Assembly: GCA_964571465.1 (NCBI GenBank)
Contig: CAZNAR010000004.1
Coordinates: 20,942-84,941 of the forward strand
Direction: 5' to 3'
Source of the DNA: an uncultured bacterium
Lineage (GTDB): Bacteria; Chlamydiota; Chlamydiia; Chlamydiales; Rhabdochlamydiaceae
DNA length: 64,000 nucleotides
This document shows, in pieces, positions 8,747 to 18,200 of this stretch; positions within the stretch are counted from its first letter, which is position 1; every line of letters starts with the position of its first letter. Under the pieces are notes generated by a model. It made no database searches, was not told the DNA's origin, and worked only from the letters and a program-made list of their open reading frames with translations. Made by a program: the position numbers and the translations under genes.

Positions 8747-10503
8747 CTAGGCAAGAAACCGCCCGCTTGCATATTCCATAGCCGGGCATAGTGCCCATTT
8801 TGAGCCAGAAGCTCAAGATGGGAGCCTTGTTCAATAATTTTTCCTTGGTCGAACACCAAGATACGATCCATTTTTGAAAGCGTTGAGAGTCGATGAGCCA
8901 CCACAATGGTCGTCCGATTTTGCATGAGACTCTCTAAACTCTCCTGAATACATCTCTCTGTGACAGAGTCTAGCGCCGATGTCGCTTCATCCATGATTAA
9001 GATCGGAGTATCAGCAAGAAGTGCTCTGGCAATCGCAATCCGTTGTCGTTCACCACCCGAGAGCTTGGTTCCTCTCTCACCGACTAGCGTCGCATAACCT
9101 GCAGGGCACTTGCGGATGAATTCATCACAATGTGCTAGTTTTGCCACACGCACAACCTCTTCATGGGAGGCCTCAACCCGTCCATACCGGATATTTTCTT
9201 CCAACGATCGGTGGAAAAGAAGCGGATCTTGAGGAATCAGTGTGACCTGATCCCGAAGTGACCCTAATGTCACATCGGCAATATTTTGACCATCAATTAA
9301 GATTTTTCCTTTTTCAACAGGATAGAAACGAAGAATAAGATTCACAAACGTCGACTTTCCTGCCCCCGAGTATCCGACGAGGCCTACTTTTTCTCCGGGT
9401 TTAATATGAACGCCCTTATTCTGAAAAAGTTGTTTCATTCCGTATTGGAAAGAGACATTTTCAAAGATAATCTCACCCTTTTTAACCACGAGTGGAGTTG
9501 ACCCTGGCCTGTTGAGAACATCTTGTGGGTCTTTCATGACATTGAGAGCTTGGCTCGCGATTCCCACCGATTGAAAAAACTGCGGAATTGCCTCTCCTGA
9601 GAACCACAGAACCATCAAAACATTCCAAGTCGTGTTGAAGATTTGAATGGTTTCCCCTGTTGTCAGGGCGCCTTGCATCCAGCGATTGATCATGAAGCCG
9701 TTGATCACGAAGGCCCCAACAACATACAGAACAGAAAGCGTGCTAAACATCCATACAACTGCCATTCCTGCTTGAACGTTTGTTGTCTGCTCCTGGTTTT
9801 GGTAGGGGCCTATGTAACTTCTCTCGTAACGAAATCTGTGAAACAAATTCACCGTAAAGTTATTGGAAAAACTATCGACAATTTTACCGACGAGCGAACT
9901 ACGTGCTTCTCCATGGATATTGGAATAAGAAGAACATCTCTTTGCGAACATAAAACAAATCGATAGATGGACCAAAATCCAGCATCCGAGAATGAAGGTG
10001 AACAGTGGGTTGACCTGATAGAAAAAGAACATCGATATGATGCATGTGGCAAACGCCGGGAAAAAGAGAAGTGCATTTTGAATAAGAAGTGTGACCTGTG
10101 TGGTCATATCGCTGATCTTGTTCGATAAACTTCCCGAAAAATGCTCATTAAAATATTTAGGCGAGTGTCTTTGCACATGATCAAACATCGTCATCCGAAT
10201 ATCAGCCTCAAGCTGTGGAAGACTGCCGGCTTTTAAATAGTCTCTCACACGGCAACAGACTTCAACGAAGATGAATAACGCGGCTCCTGCCACAATAAGC
10301 CCTTTTAAGGCCGGCCACGATTCCATGCGGTGTCCATCGAAGTGATTAAAAGTATCGATAAAAAGACGGAGCAAGTACGGCCAGAGGGTATTTTCCAGTG
10401 ACCATACCAGCGATAAGAGAAAAATAACGAAAAACTTCCATTTTTGAAGCTTTAGGAATTTGAGGACAAACGGAAACAAGCCTTTAGAATTTGTCTGAGT
10501 CAT
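8740..10503 (-). CDS. ABC exporter, fused permease/ATPase (MsbA/MDR-type half transporter)
   Basis: 6-TM N-terminal domain, Walker A GYSGAGKST, signature LSGGERQRIAIARALL and Walker B ILIMDEATSALD. Confidence 0.9.
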   Translation of the reverse strand: MTQTNSKGLFPFVLKFLKLQKWKFFVIFLLSLVWSLENTLWPYLLRLFIDTFNHFDGHRMESWPALKGLIVAGAALFIFVEVCCRVRDYLKAGSLPQLEADIRMTMFDHVQRHSPKYFNEHFSGSLSNKISDMTTQVTLLIQNALLFFPAFATCIISMFFFYQVNPLFTFILGCWILVHLSICFMFAKRCSSYSNIHGEARSSLVGKIVDSFSNNFTVNLFHRFRYERSYIGPYQNQEQTTNVQAGMAVVWMFSTLSVLYVVGAFVINGFMINRWMQGALTTGETIQIFNTTWNVLMVLWFSGEAIPQFFQSVGIASQALNVMKDPQDVLNRPGSTPLVVKKGEIIFENVSFQYGMKQLFQNKGVHIKPGEKVGLVGYSGAGKSTFVNLILRFYPVEKGKILIDGQNIADVTLGSLRDQVTLIPQDPLLFHRSLEENIRYGRVEASHEEVVRVAKLAHCDEFIRKCPAGYATLVGERGTKLSGGERQRIAIARALLADTPILIMDEATSALDSVTERCIQESLESLMQNRTTIVVAHRLSTLSKMDRILVFDQGKIIEQGSHLELLAQNGHYARLWNMQAGGFLPSY

Positions 10504-10523
10504 AGAAACACGAAGATTTAAGT

Positions 10524-10826
10524 TTAGGAACTAAGTCGGGTGTAACACCAATGGGAAACAACAGCGCCTGTCAGGCCTATTGCTGCCGCATGAATAAATA
10601 GTTTTGCGAAACGGGCTGAAGATTCAGTCCATGTAGCATGAGCATCATAAATCTCTTTAGCGCCCGCTATGAGAATTGCTGCTGGTACAGCGCAATTCCA
10701 ATAGATCGAACGACTAAAAACTTCTTGGATTTTGGCATCTGAGTCTACATGAGTCCAACGGATGTAATTTGCCACTGCACAGAGAACGACGGAAGGGGTA
10801 GAGAGTTCCACGAGAGAGGTGTACAT
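10524..10826 (-). CDS. Small hydrophobic protein (paralogue B)
   Basis: 100 aa. GGAGG lies 5 nt upstream of the ATG. It is similar to ORF 7772..8092 (MYTSL.. / ..VVSHWCY). Confidence 0.6.
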   Translation of the reverse strand: MYTSLVELSTPSVVLCAVANYIRWTHVDSDAKIQEVFSRSIYWNCAVPAAILIAGAKEIYDAHATWTESSARFAKLFIHAAAIGLTGAVVSHWCYTRLSS

Positions 10827-10960
10827 AGGGACCTCCAGGTTAGATAGAGTTAGGATTAGGCTTCTTTTCGTCCCTACTACATGGAACGAAAAGCCAGCTG
10901 GCTCGCAAGCAAGCTCACTTCAAGCCCATCAAGTCTCCAATTTCTTGGAGAAAAAAATTT

Positions 10961-11032
10961 TGAGACTTGATGGGCTTGAACCATCGACCCCCTCATTAAA
11001 AGTGAGGTGCTCTACCACTGAGCTAAAGTCTC
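10961..11032 (-). tRNA. tRNA-Lys (anticodon UUU)
   Basis: Hand-folded cloverleaf. The acceptor stem GAGACTT/AAGTCTC is perfect, and the anticodon stem CCTCA/TGAGG closes the loop CTTTTAA. The T-loop is TTCAAGC. No CCA is encoded. Confidence 0.9.
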
Positions 11033-11034
11033 GT

Positions 11035-11109
11035 TGACCCCAAGGGGATTCGAACCCCTGTTATCAGAATGAAAATCTGGTGTCCTAGGCCAGGCTAGAC
11101 GATGGGGCC
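11035..11109 (-). tRNA. tRNA-Glu (anticodon UUC)
   Basis: Hand-folded cloverleaf with acceptor stem GGCCCCA/TGGGGTC, anticodon loop TTTTCAT and T-arm AGGGG-TTCGAAT-CCCCT. The layout closely matches classic bacterial tRNA-Glu. It lies 2 nt from tRNA-Lys. Confidence 0.9.
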
Positions 11110-11152
11110 ATTTTTCATTCAAGAGAGATGAGGAATTATACGCGGCAGTTGA

Positions 11153-11701
11153 TTAAACCGCCATGATTTCCTTCTCCTTGGCGGAGAAAAGATCATCAAT
11201 TTGCTTACAAAACTTATCTGTTAACTCTTGAATTGTCTTTTCTAACTTCTTTACCATGTCTTCTGTCAAGTCACCGGATGATTTCAGTTGCTTAATGGTG
11301 TCATTGCTTTTTCTTCGAATATCTCGGATAGCAATTTTCCCATTTTCGGCTTTCTCTTTCCCTTGCTTCACAATCGTTTGTCTCATCGATTGATCCATCG
11401 GAGGAACGTTAATACGGATGGCCTGACCTTCTAGAACAGGTTGTAAGTTTAAATTTGCTTTCTCAATCCCCTTGGCAATCGCTCCAGCAGTTTGTGGATC
11501 GAACGGTGTGATTAAGATCTGCCGAGATTCTGGGGTTGTAATATTAGCGAGCTCCTTGACTCTCATATGCGAGCCATAAACTTCGACGGTCACACCTTCG
11601 ACAACGCCAGGATTCGCACGGTTGGTACGTAGGTTTTTAAGCTCTTGCTTGAAATGTTCAAGCGTTGCATTCATTTTTGCTTTGACTTCATCTTCTATCA
11701 T
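11153..11701 (-). CDS. frr: Ribosome recycling factor
   Basis: Full-length RRF-like sequence (..ILITPFDPQ..AIAKGIEKANLNLQP..IRINVPP..). The start is chosen at the ATG at 11701, just after the pyrH stop. The ORF track's 11731 start would overlap pyrH. Confidence 0.9.
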   Translation of the reverse strand: MIEDEVKAKMNATLEHFKQELKNLRTNRANPGVVEGVTVEVYGSHMRVKELANITTPESRQILITPFDPQTAGAIAKGIEKANLNLQPVLEGQAIRINVPPMDQSMRQTIVKQGKEKAENGKIAIRDIRRKSNDTIKQLKSSGDLTEDMVKKLEKTIQELTDKFCKQIDDLFSAKEKEIMAV

Positions 11702-11702
11702 A

Positions 11703-12419
11703 TTATTGTCCTGTGACAAGAGATCCACCACTCCGCTCTAAAACAGCGGATTTAAGGGACCCTTTTTTGAAGATATTTAGTACATGAATTGGGATCTTGT
11801 TATCTTGACAAAGAGCTACGGCGGTTGCATCCATCACGTTTAATTGTTTTTGGAGAACGTCCGCGTAGGTAATTTGATCAAAACGTTTTGCTTTCGGGTT
11901 TTTGAGCGGATCTTTGTCGAAGACTCCATCAACTTTGGTTGCTTTAATAAGGACTTCAGCATTGATTTCGCAGGCACGTAAAGCTGCTGCTGTGTCAGTT
12001 GTGAAATAAGGATGGCCTGTGCCACCCACAAAAATCACAACAATGCCATTCTCTAGCAGGTCGAGAGTTTCATCTCCACTTACTTCAGGGATAAAGTTTC
12101 CGCAAGTAAATGAACCTACAACTACAGCAGGACAACCTAACGCCTCAAGCGCTTCTGCGAGCATTGTACCGTTAATGGTTGTCGCAAGCATCCCCATTTG
12201 ATCTGCTTTGACACGCGAGACATCAGCAAGCTGAGCGCCTCGAATAATATTTCCTCCGCCAATGACAACTCCCACTTCGGTGCGAAGTTTTTGAATTTCA
12301 TAGATTTGCTGAGCAAGACTTTTAATGGCTTTAGAATCAAAGCCAAACTTCTCGCTTCCGAGAAGAGCCTCTCCTGAGATCTTTAATAAAATTCTCTTGT
12401 ACGGAGTTTTTTTTACCAC
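11703..12419 (-). CDS. pyrH: UMP kinase
   Basis: KRILLKISGEAL.., GGGNIIRG and GTGHPYFTTDTAAALRA motifs. Confidence 0.95.
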   Translation of the reverse strand: MVKKTPYKRILLKISGEALLGSEKFGFDSKAIKSLAQQIYEIQKLRTEVGVVIGGGNIIRGAQLADVSRVKADQMGMLATTINGTMLAEALEALGCPAVVVGSFTCGNFIPEVSGDETLDLLENGIVVIFVGGTGHPYFTTDTAAALRACEINAEVLIKATKVDGVFDKDPLKNPKAKRFDQITYADVLQKQLNVMDATAVALCQDNKIPIHVLNIFKKGSLKSAVLERSGGSLVTGQ

Positions 12420-12422
12420 GAG

Positions 12423-13277
12423 TTACTCTCCAACCTTCCAGCGGATGAAACGTTTGAGAACGAGATTTTGTCCCGAATTTTTCGCTTCATTTGCAACGAG
12501 TTCAGCAATTGTGATGGCGTTGTCTTTGACAAACTTCTGTCCTAAGAGACAAACCTGATCGTAAAACGCTTTCAGCTTCCCTTCAACGATCTTGTCGACG
12601 ATCTGTGGGGGTTTCCCAACGACTTGGCTACGTGCAATCTCTTCTTCACGTGCTTTGACATCTGCAGGCACTTCATCGGCTTTCAAATAGTCTGGAGACT
12701 CAGCCGCAACATGCATTGCGATTTCACGTGCAAGATGTTCGTGTCCTGACTTGCCTTCGATTTCGACGAGCGTCACAATTTTGCCACCCATGTGAGAGTA
12801 GATACCAAGCGACTTGTTTGGACCTTTCATGAAAATCTCAACACGCTTAATCTTAATGTTCTCGCCGATGCTTTGCATCACAATCGCACGGTGTTGATCG
12901 ACAGTCAGTGTTTTATCTTGATGAGCAGGTTGTGCTAAGAGTTCCTCTAAGCTAGCCGCTTTTGTTTCAGCTGCTTGTTTGGCAATTTCATGGGCAAATT
13001 GTTTAAATTTGTCATTTTGTACAACAAAATCGGTTTCAGCGTTGATCTCAACAAGAGCGATTGCGTCATGTGTTTCAGCAGTTGCAATCATCCCTTCTTT
13101 TGTTTCACGCCCTTCTTTTTTCACAGCCGATGCCATCCCTGCTTTACGAAGGATGTCGATCGCTTGTTCCATGTTACCACCTGCTTGGTCAAGGGCTTCT
13201 TTACATTTGCCCATGCCCACGCCGGTTCTTTCACGGAGCTGTTTTACCATCTCTGGGGTTACTTTCTCTGCCATCAT
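12423..13277 (-). CDS. tsf: Elongation factor Ts
   Basis: N-terminal UBA-like VKQLRERTGVGMGKCKEAL plus an EF-Ts dimerisation core. It sits in the conserved rpsB-tsf-pyrH-frr order. Confidence 0.95.
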   Translation of the reverse strand: MMAEKVTPEMVKQLRERTGVGMGKCKEALDQAGGNMEQAIDILRKAGMASAVKKEGRETKEGMIATAETHDAIALVEINAETDFVVQNDKFKQFAHEIAKQAAETKAASLEELLAQPAHQDKTLTVDQHRAIVMQSIGENIKIKRVEIFMKGPNKSLGIYSHMGGKIVTLVEIEGKSGHEHLAREIAMHVAAESPDYLKADEVPADVKAREEEIARSQVVGKPPQIVDKIVEGKLKAFYDQVCLLGQKFVKDNAITIAELVANEAKNSGQNLVLKRFIRWKVGE

Positions 13278-14065
13278 GTCGTCTCCTCTTCTCCGTTCAT
13301 TTCGAGAGACTCAACTTCATCGGTAGCAGCTTGTTCATCTTCCCCTTTACCAAGCGAAACGTTCATCTCGTTTTTGCGATCGATAACAGCTTGTGTTAAA
13401 GCTTGGAGGATGAGTTTAATACTTTTTAAAGCATCGTCGTTACATGCAATGACGTAGTCGATAGGATCTGGGTCACAGTTGGTATCAACGAGAGCCATGA
13501 TTGGGATTCCGAGCTTGTTAGCTTCAGCAACCGCAATGTGTTCGCGACCTGGGTCAACGACAATGAGGAGGCCTGGAGGTTTGCGCATTGCGCGGATACC
13601 AGAAAGGTTCTTGTTAAGCTTGATTTGGTCTTTGCCCATCAAGATCATCTCTTTCTTGGTAAATCCTTCACCACCACTAGCAATTCTCTTTTCAATTCTT
13701 TCTAGTGTTTTCACAGATTGACGAATGGTCGAAAGGTTAGTGAGCATTCCACCCAGCCATCTTTCAGCGACGTAAAACTCGCCACACTCTTCTGCACACT
13801 CTTTGATGACGGTTTTCGCTTGTTTCTTTGTTCCAACAAAGAGAATCGATTTGCGCTTAGACACCATCTCACGGACGACGTCGACGCACTTGCGGATTTG
13901 TTGAACAGTTTTTGCGAGGTCAATAATGTAGATTCCGTTGCGCTCCTCAAAGATGAAACGTTTCATCTTTGGGTTCCAACGTTGCTTCTGGTGACCAAAA
14001 TGGGCACCTGATTCTAAAAGTTCTTTTACGCTTACTGCGTTATATTGTTGTTCTTGCGTTGCCAA
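13274..14065 (-). CDS. rpsB: 30S ribosomal protein S2
   Basis: LLESGAHFGHQKQRWNPKM.., LFVGTKKQA and an acidic C-terminal tail. It uses a TTG start. Confidence 0.95.
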   Translation of the reverse strand: MATQEQQYNAVSVKELLESGAHFGHQKQRWNPKMKRFIFEERNGIYIIDLAKTVQQIRKCVDVVREMVSKRKSILFVGTKKQAKTVIKECAEECGEFYVAERWLGGMLTNLSTIRQSVKTLERIEKRIASGGEGFTKKEMILMGKDQIKLNKNLSGIRAMRKPPGLLIVVDPGREHIAVAEANKLGIPIMALVDTNCDPDPIDYVIACNDDALKSIKLILQALTQAVIDRKNEMNVSLGKGEDEQAATDEVESLEMNGEEETT

Positions 14066-14148
14066 GCCTTGTCCCTATTGTTTTGACGCGGCATCAATCC
14101 TTTATGGATCGATTTCGGTCTTGGTTAATGTTAAAATGTTATTTTAAA

Positions 14149-14219
14149 AGCGCCTGATCAGAATCGAACTGACACAAGTAGCTTGGAAGGCTACGGTTCT
14201 ACCATTGAACTACAGGCGC
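14149..14219 (-). tRNA. tRNA-Gly (anticodon UCC)
   Basis: Hand-folded cloverleaf with acceptor stem GCGCCTG/CAGGCGC, anticodon stem GTAGC/GCTAC, loop CTTCCAA and T-loop TTCGATT. It is 71 nt and encodes no CCA. Confidence 0.9.
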
Positions 14220-14384
14220 ATTTAAGAAGATAAATTTACCCGATCCTCTTGCTTTTTTCCAATAAAAAAGATGACAACGCTTTATTTGACTTTTGTTTTC
14301 CACACATTCCCCTCGAAATGGCCTATATAAGAATTTAATCTTTTGAAATAGAAAATAAGGGAACTTTGGAGTAAAATTGTTCCT

Positions 14385-15275
14385 ATGATTGAGAGAGTTA
14401 CCTCTACTATATATAGTTCAATGGTAGCTTTTCCGGATGTTGCTAGAAGAAATAAAATCACTTTAAAAGCCGTGTTGATTTTAGGAGTGCTGGGAATTTT
14501 CCTTTGCACAGCTTATTACCTGGATAAATCGAGGATTTTACCCCCGAAGCCCCCCATTGATGATAAGAAAGTAGACGTTCCTCCGTCTAAACCAAGCATT
14601 AAACAAATTCGATTAGAAAAACTGAAACGACTCGTCCAAGGTCAATTATTACAGAATCAATATTTAGGTGAAGCAAACGATAATGGTGATTGTTTCTACG
14701 ACGCTTTATCTAAGTCATTGGCTCAAATGGGAATTCAAGCAGATCCCAAAGATCTTAGAGAAGTTATTGCTAAACACTTAGTGGATTCAGCCCATCAACA
14801 GCAAATGAGAGAGGACATTGAAGCTGATCCTCGAGGGGTTGATTCATTTGATAATTACAAGAAATATGTTTGCTACACGAATGATGAAATGATTGCTTTA
14901 AACAAAAAAAGTTCTGAAACTCCTGCCGCATCTTACTGGGGAAGTGCAGAAAGGGAAGGAATTATTCTTTGTCATGCTTTGCAGTTCAACCTAAGGGTTG
15001 TGAGTGCGGGGTATTTGGAATCCGAAATTAGTAATGATAAAGAATACACTGAGTTATCCGAGAAAAAAGATGAAGATCTAGCCTCTTACCCCCCTGATGC
15101 ACCCATTCATGAGTATAATGAAGAAAATATCCGGGCCAGACTTATAGCTCTTTATGGGCAGGATAAATTCTACTATGTAGGTGAAGGTACGAACTATCCT
15201 CAAGAGGCTCCCTATACAAAAACTTGTACATTAGCTCTTTTTGAGAATCACTATATCCCTGTATTAACAACTTAG
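14385..15275 (+). CDS. Membrane-anchored OTU-like cysteine protease (putative deubiquitinase)
   Basis: One N-terminal TM (AVLILGVLGIFLCTAYY) and a Pro/Lys-rich linker. The Cys box NDNGDCFYDALS resembles the OTU D-G-x-C-x-F/Y-x-A box. YWGSAEREGIILCHALQFNLRVV resembles the OTU variable-loop region. The protein ends in LALFENHYIPVL, an OTU His box. Confidence 0.7.
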   Translation: MIERVTSTIYSSMVAFPDVARRNKITLKAVLILGVLGIFLCTAYYLDKSRILPPKPPIDDKKVDVPPSKPSIKQIRLEKLKRLVQGQLLQNQYLGEANDNGDCFYDALSKSLAQMGIQADPKDLREVIAKHLVDSAHQQQMREDIEADPRGVDSFDNYKKYVCYTNDEMIALNKKSSETPAASYWGSAEREGIILCHALQFNLRVVSAGYLESEISNDKEYTELSEKKDEDLASYPPDAPIHEYNEENIRARLIALYGQDKFYYVGEGTNYPQEAPYTKTCTLALFENHYIPVLTT

Positions 15276-15299
15276 GAATCGTTTCTACAAAGTCGCCTA

Positions 15300-18200
15300 T
15301 TGAGTATAGTCTCTAATATGCGTATCTCCGAGAAGACCAATCGCGTTTTGCATGTCATTTCGCTCTGCCTCATGCTGATTTTGGTTCGGTCATGGTATTT
15401 GGCGGTGATTCAGCATGATCATCATGTGAAGATGGCTGAAAAGCCTCAGCGGAGAGTCGTCATTGAAAAAGCCGACAGGGCCACGATCCAAGATCGATTT
15501 GGAGTACCACTGGCGGTCAATAAAATCCAGTACAACGCCTCTGTTTGTTATGCCCACATCCGGCAGATCCCTTCGATGCGATGGACAAAGAACGAGAAGG
15601 GAGAACGTGTCCGCGTTTCTGAAAGACTCGATTATGTCACCAAGCTGTCGAAAAAACTGAGTTCTGAGCTGGGGATTCCTGCAAAAAGAATTGAAGACTT
15701 GATCCATGGGAAAGCTGCACTTCTTCCTCATACACCCTTTGTGATTAAAGAAGATCTTTCGGAAGAACAGTATTACCGTCTGAAAGGTTTAGAGAAAGAT
15801 TGGCTTGGACTGCAAGTGGAACACGTGAGCCGGCGCGAGTATCCACTGGGGAAAATTGCAGGCGATGTGATTGGTTATCTGGGGAACATCGATGCATCGC
15901 ACTATTTAAAAATCGCTCACGAACTCAACTCTCTAGAAGATTATTTAATTGCTAAACAAGATGGTGAAAGTCGCTTTCTCCCAGAGGGTTTTGATTCTCC
16001 AGAAGAAGTCCTCCAGAGATTTTTTGATCTCCAAGAGAAAGCTTATACAATGAACGACCTCGTCGGGAAAAGCGGGGTGGAAGCTTCGTACGATGAAGAC
16101 TTAAGAGGGTATGTGGGAAAACATATCTATGAAGTCGACACGAAGGGAAATTTTGTTCGTGAACTACAGGGATCCCGTGAGGCTGTGCCAGGGAAAAAAC
16201 TTACTCTTTCGCTATCTGCAGAACTGCAAATGTTTGCTGAAGAGCTGATTGCCTCCAATGAAGGATCTCGTCTTGACAAAGCCGATGGCGGTATTAACGA
16301 GAAATGGATGCGAGGCAGCGCAGTGGTCGCCATGGTTCCTCAAACGGGTGAAATTGTCGCTCTTGCCTCCTATCCGCGTTACAACCCGAATGACTTTATT
16401 CCTTCCCGTGATCCCGAGAGCCGCAAAGAAAAAGCGTTCGCCGTCAAGCAGTGGCTGGAAAATGAAGAGTATCTCGGTGAGGTCTGGGATGGGAAACGAC
16501 CCCTAAAGCGAGAATATTTCTCTTTTGTGAAGGGACACTATTTAGAAGAGTCGCTGCCTCTAACGTGGCATCGGTATTTAGAGGCGATCCTGCCAGGCCG
16601 CAGCACTATTAAAAACGTGATGTTCCAAATTCATGATGTGAAAATGGCGCTTCAGATTCAAGAAATCGGGATTTACCATCCCCTACTCCGTGAAATTAAA
16701 ATAGAGCATGACAAATACTTGGCGATTGATCTATGCCATCTGATCGCTCCCCTTGAGCTTTTCACACCAGAGCTAATACAAGATGTCGGCACGCAATCTT
16801 TAAGTGACTATTTTTCCACACGGCAAGAAGCGATGCGACTCCTCACTCGTATGAAAGAGGAACTGCGCGAATTATTTTATGATCACGACTTTAACAACTG
16901 GAGAGAGTCTCATTTTAAAGAATATCTCAAAGAGATGAGAGCCAAGGAAAAAGCTGAACGGAAATATGCAAAACCGTACACCGACTATCTTGATCGGGTG
17001 GAGAAAAAATTGTGGGGAAAATTTTGGGAAGCCTACAAACCTGTTTTTCTCTACATTGCACTGACAGGACAAATTCCGATCGTCATGGAGAATTATCCTC
17101 ATTTAACCCCCTACGTCTGTATTTTGCGTGAAACCTATTTCCCGCTTCTGCAAGGCACCTATCCTTTGCTCCATGAAAAGTTAGAAAAAATCTCGGTCCC
17201 TTCAGGAGTGGCCTACTTAAAAACATTAAGAAGTTTCGATGAGCTGAATGGTCCGCTAGAAAGACGTTATCCCTACGTTCGCTCCATTCATGGAAAATCG
17301 CAAGAAAAACACCTCGCGCTCGCTTTTTATCCACCCTATGGATACGGATTTACTCGTTCTCAATCGTATCGACAAGCGTGCCCTCCTGGATCTGTTTTCA
17401 AACTCGTCACAACGTATCAAACCTTGACAGAGCTACATGCTAAAGGGCTTCCCTTCAATCCACTGACCATCATCGATGATTGGCGCGGCTCTCCCACTTC
17501 AAAATCGTTTATCTTAGGATTCCTAAATGATGGAACGCCCCTTACGCGTAGTTACAAGGAAGGACGATTACCCCGTAGCTCTCACCCAGGAATGGGACGG
17601 CTTGATATGCAGGGAGCCCTTGAGCAATCGAGTAACGTCTACTTCTCTCTGCTTGCAGGAGATGTAATCCAAAATCCTCTCAATTTAACAATAGCTGCCA
17701 AACAGTTTGGAATGGGAGAGAAAACAGGCATTGACTTACCAGGAGAAGCAAGAGGAAAAGTGCCCGACGATGTCGACCAAAACCGAACAGGCCTTTACTC
17801 GTTTGCAATCGGACAACATACGCTTGAAACAACCCCGCTTCAAACCGCTCTGATGACAGCGACCATCGCGAATCAAGGGAAAGTGGTCCGCCCCCATGTT
17901 GTACTAAAAATGGAAGGGATCGACCGCGTGCTCCACCATGAACTTCTGGAAGAGCCTAATTGGGCATTCGATAAACTGCCCATCCAGACAACGATTCATC
18001 GTGAAGAAAACATGGTGCAGGTGATGACACCTCAAGTCGATCGGATTCTTCCCTTCCCTTCACCTATCTTTAACTATCTCTTTGAAGGAATGCACCGAGT
18101 TGTGACAGGGCCTCGAGGAACCGCAAGGCCCGGTGTCATGCGCGCGCTCTATGACCACCCGACCTCATTGCGTGACTATTTGGAAATTCACCGCGACTTA

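Noticed and set aside
10819-11037. 72-aa plus-strand ORF spanning the tRNA-Lys/tRNA-Glu region.
   Set aside because: It overlaps two well-folding tRNA genes on the opposite strand and has no RBS. It is a spurious ORF.
12975-13457. Long ORFs antisense to, or out of frame within, strongly conserved genes. Examples: 12975..13457, 12979..13326 and 13061..13399 opposite tsf/rpsB; 47339..47791 opposite ruvC; 38446..38850 opposite secA; 20502..20852 and 21826..22227 inside UXS/tyrP; 51080..51535 and 52301..52834 inside fusA; 60417..60788 opposite the NifS-like gene.
   Set aside because: Each lies entirely within a gene whose product carries unambiguous family motifs on the other strand or frame. 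Their translations are low-complexity (Ser/Arg/Leu/Pro-rich) with no motifs and no ribosome-binding sites. They are treated as shadow ORFs.
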